Of a DNA stretch of 8,451 nucleotides, positions 7,591 through 8,451 are shown piece by piece (within the stretch, counting starts at the first letter, position 1; each line of letters opens with the position of its first letter). The notes beneath the pieces are model-generated. The model had not been told where the DNA came from. It saw only the letters and a list, made by a program, of their open reading frames with translations, and searched no databases. Source of the DNA: Tubiluchus corallicola (lineage: Eukaryota; Animalia; Priapulida); assembly GCA_030141605.1 (NCBI GenBank), contig JAQGDQ010001870.1:14426-22876 (forward strand), in the 5' to 3' direction. The position numbers and the translations under genes are program-made.

Positions 7591-7664
7591 GCGATAATTT
7601 CACCGGAAACCATTTTAGTCGCATCCTGTACTCATCACATTGTGATCAGAAGAAACTGTGTTGA
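7591..7664 (+). CDS. Possible alternative terminal exon after C': GDNFTGNHFSRILYSSHCDQKKLC*
   Basis: Acceptor gttttgacag|GC, open in phase 1 for 24 codons to TGA. There is no independent support. Confidence 0.2.
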
Positions 7665-7826
7665 ATGACCGAGTGTTTTAGATTTCGCGCAGTCTTGAGT
7701 TCAAATGTACAGCGTTACTGCCGACGCATGCCCTGCATGCATAAAGGCAGTAGGCGAGTGGTATAAAGTTTCAAGACGAATTTTGTAAGCTTTTTGCAAT
7801 TGGTGAGTTTTCTTGTGCTTTAAAAA

Positions 7827-7949
7827 TAGTTTATTTGGTTCAGATTAGACAGTTTTTAAAACTGAAAACATGAATCCTCACCATGCAAATATATGTACAA
7901 GCAGAAGTGTAGAAAAAATAAATAGAAATTGAAATAAACTTAAATAGAT
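7827..7949 (+). repeat. ~120-bp direct duplication of 8224-8346, including one 61-bp-family unit
   Basis: tagtttatttggttcagattagacagtttttaaaactga...catgcaaatatatgtaca...aaatagat versus tagttcatttggtttcgattaggcagttttttaaaactga...catgcaaatatatgtaca...aaatagat. Confidence 0.9.
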
Positions 7950-8289
7950 ATACATAGATACAATTACATATAAACATTCATCTCTCTGCCTCTTCCTCTG
8001 CGTCTGTACCAGCTTCTTTATTGAAATCTCTGCTAAAAAAGTAGGTGATCCTAGCTAGTCTTGATGAAGTTGATAATTAACTCAGTTCTGTGTAATTTAT
8101 TTCTTCGTACAGTCACTCTGTGGAACAAGGAATGATATTTGGCTGAGAGAGTGCAGAAAATGAGCGAATGAACGAATGAAGAATTAATCGAAGAGACGAA
8201 CGAGGACGTAATTAGTCTAAATCTAGTTCATTTGGTTTCGATTAGGCAGTTTTTTAAAACTGATACACGAATCTTCGCCATGCAAATAT

Positions 8290-8451
8290 ATGTACAGGCA
8301 GAAGTGTAGAAAAAATAAATATAAATTGAAATAAACTCAAATAGATTTGCATGTACAGACAGAAGTGTAGAAAAAATAAATATAAATTGAAATAAACTCA
8401 AATAGATTTGCATGTACAGACAGAAGTGTAGAAAAAATAAACATAAATTGA
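8290..8451 (+). repeat. 61-bp minisatellite running off the right end and continuing in register at position 1
   Basis: aataaactca begins at 8330 and 8391; the next unit is due at 8452, which equals position 1 (aataaactcaaatacatttgca). Confidence 0.95.

Overview
This window is eukaryotic (probably animal) DNA, AT-rich, with no credible single-exon gene. The supplied ORFs are read-throughs of tandem repeats or antisense overlaps. A ~2.5 kb imperfect inverted repeat dominates it (arm 1 = 1-2432, arm 2 = 4115-6663). The last base (8451) joins the first in exact register of a 61-bp repeat, and that junction continues the match to arm 2. The window therefore reads as a closed 8451-bp circle or a tandem unit, laid out as IR / ~1.7 kb single-copy / IR / ~1.7 kb single-copy. 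Each arm appears to carry a spliced gene fragment missed by the ORF track: three phase-1/phase-1 micro-exons (84, 93 and 33 nt) plus a candidate terminal exon. Spliced, they give ~74 aa: GEALTKSALSHLFKHDDKTDSESKGNLQ-GEELTKIVQEQLDFWNTPRHVNGDAIDTYLK-GSCL(G/R)TRKNEL-GNEE*. A third, more diverged copy of the 33-nt exon lies at 7332-7364 inside a nested inverted-repeat stem. Also present are 33-, 35-, 61- and 65-bp minisatellites, GA/CT microsatellite tracts bracketing arm 2, and a tRNA-like Pol III A/B-box element in each arm. I found no first exon, replication gene or recombinase. Circularity, splicing and host identity are inferences that need read-level checks.
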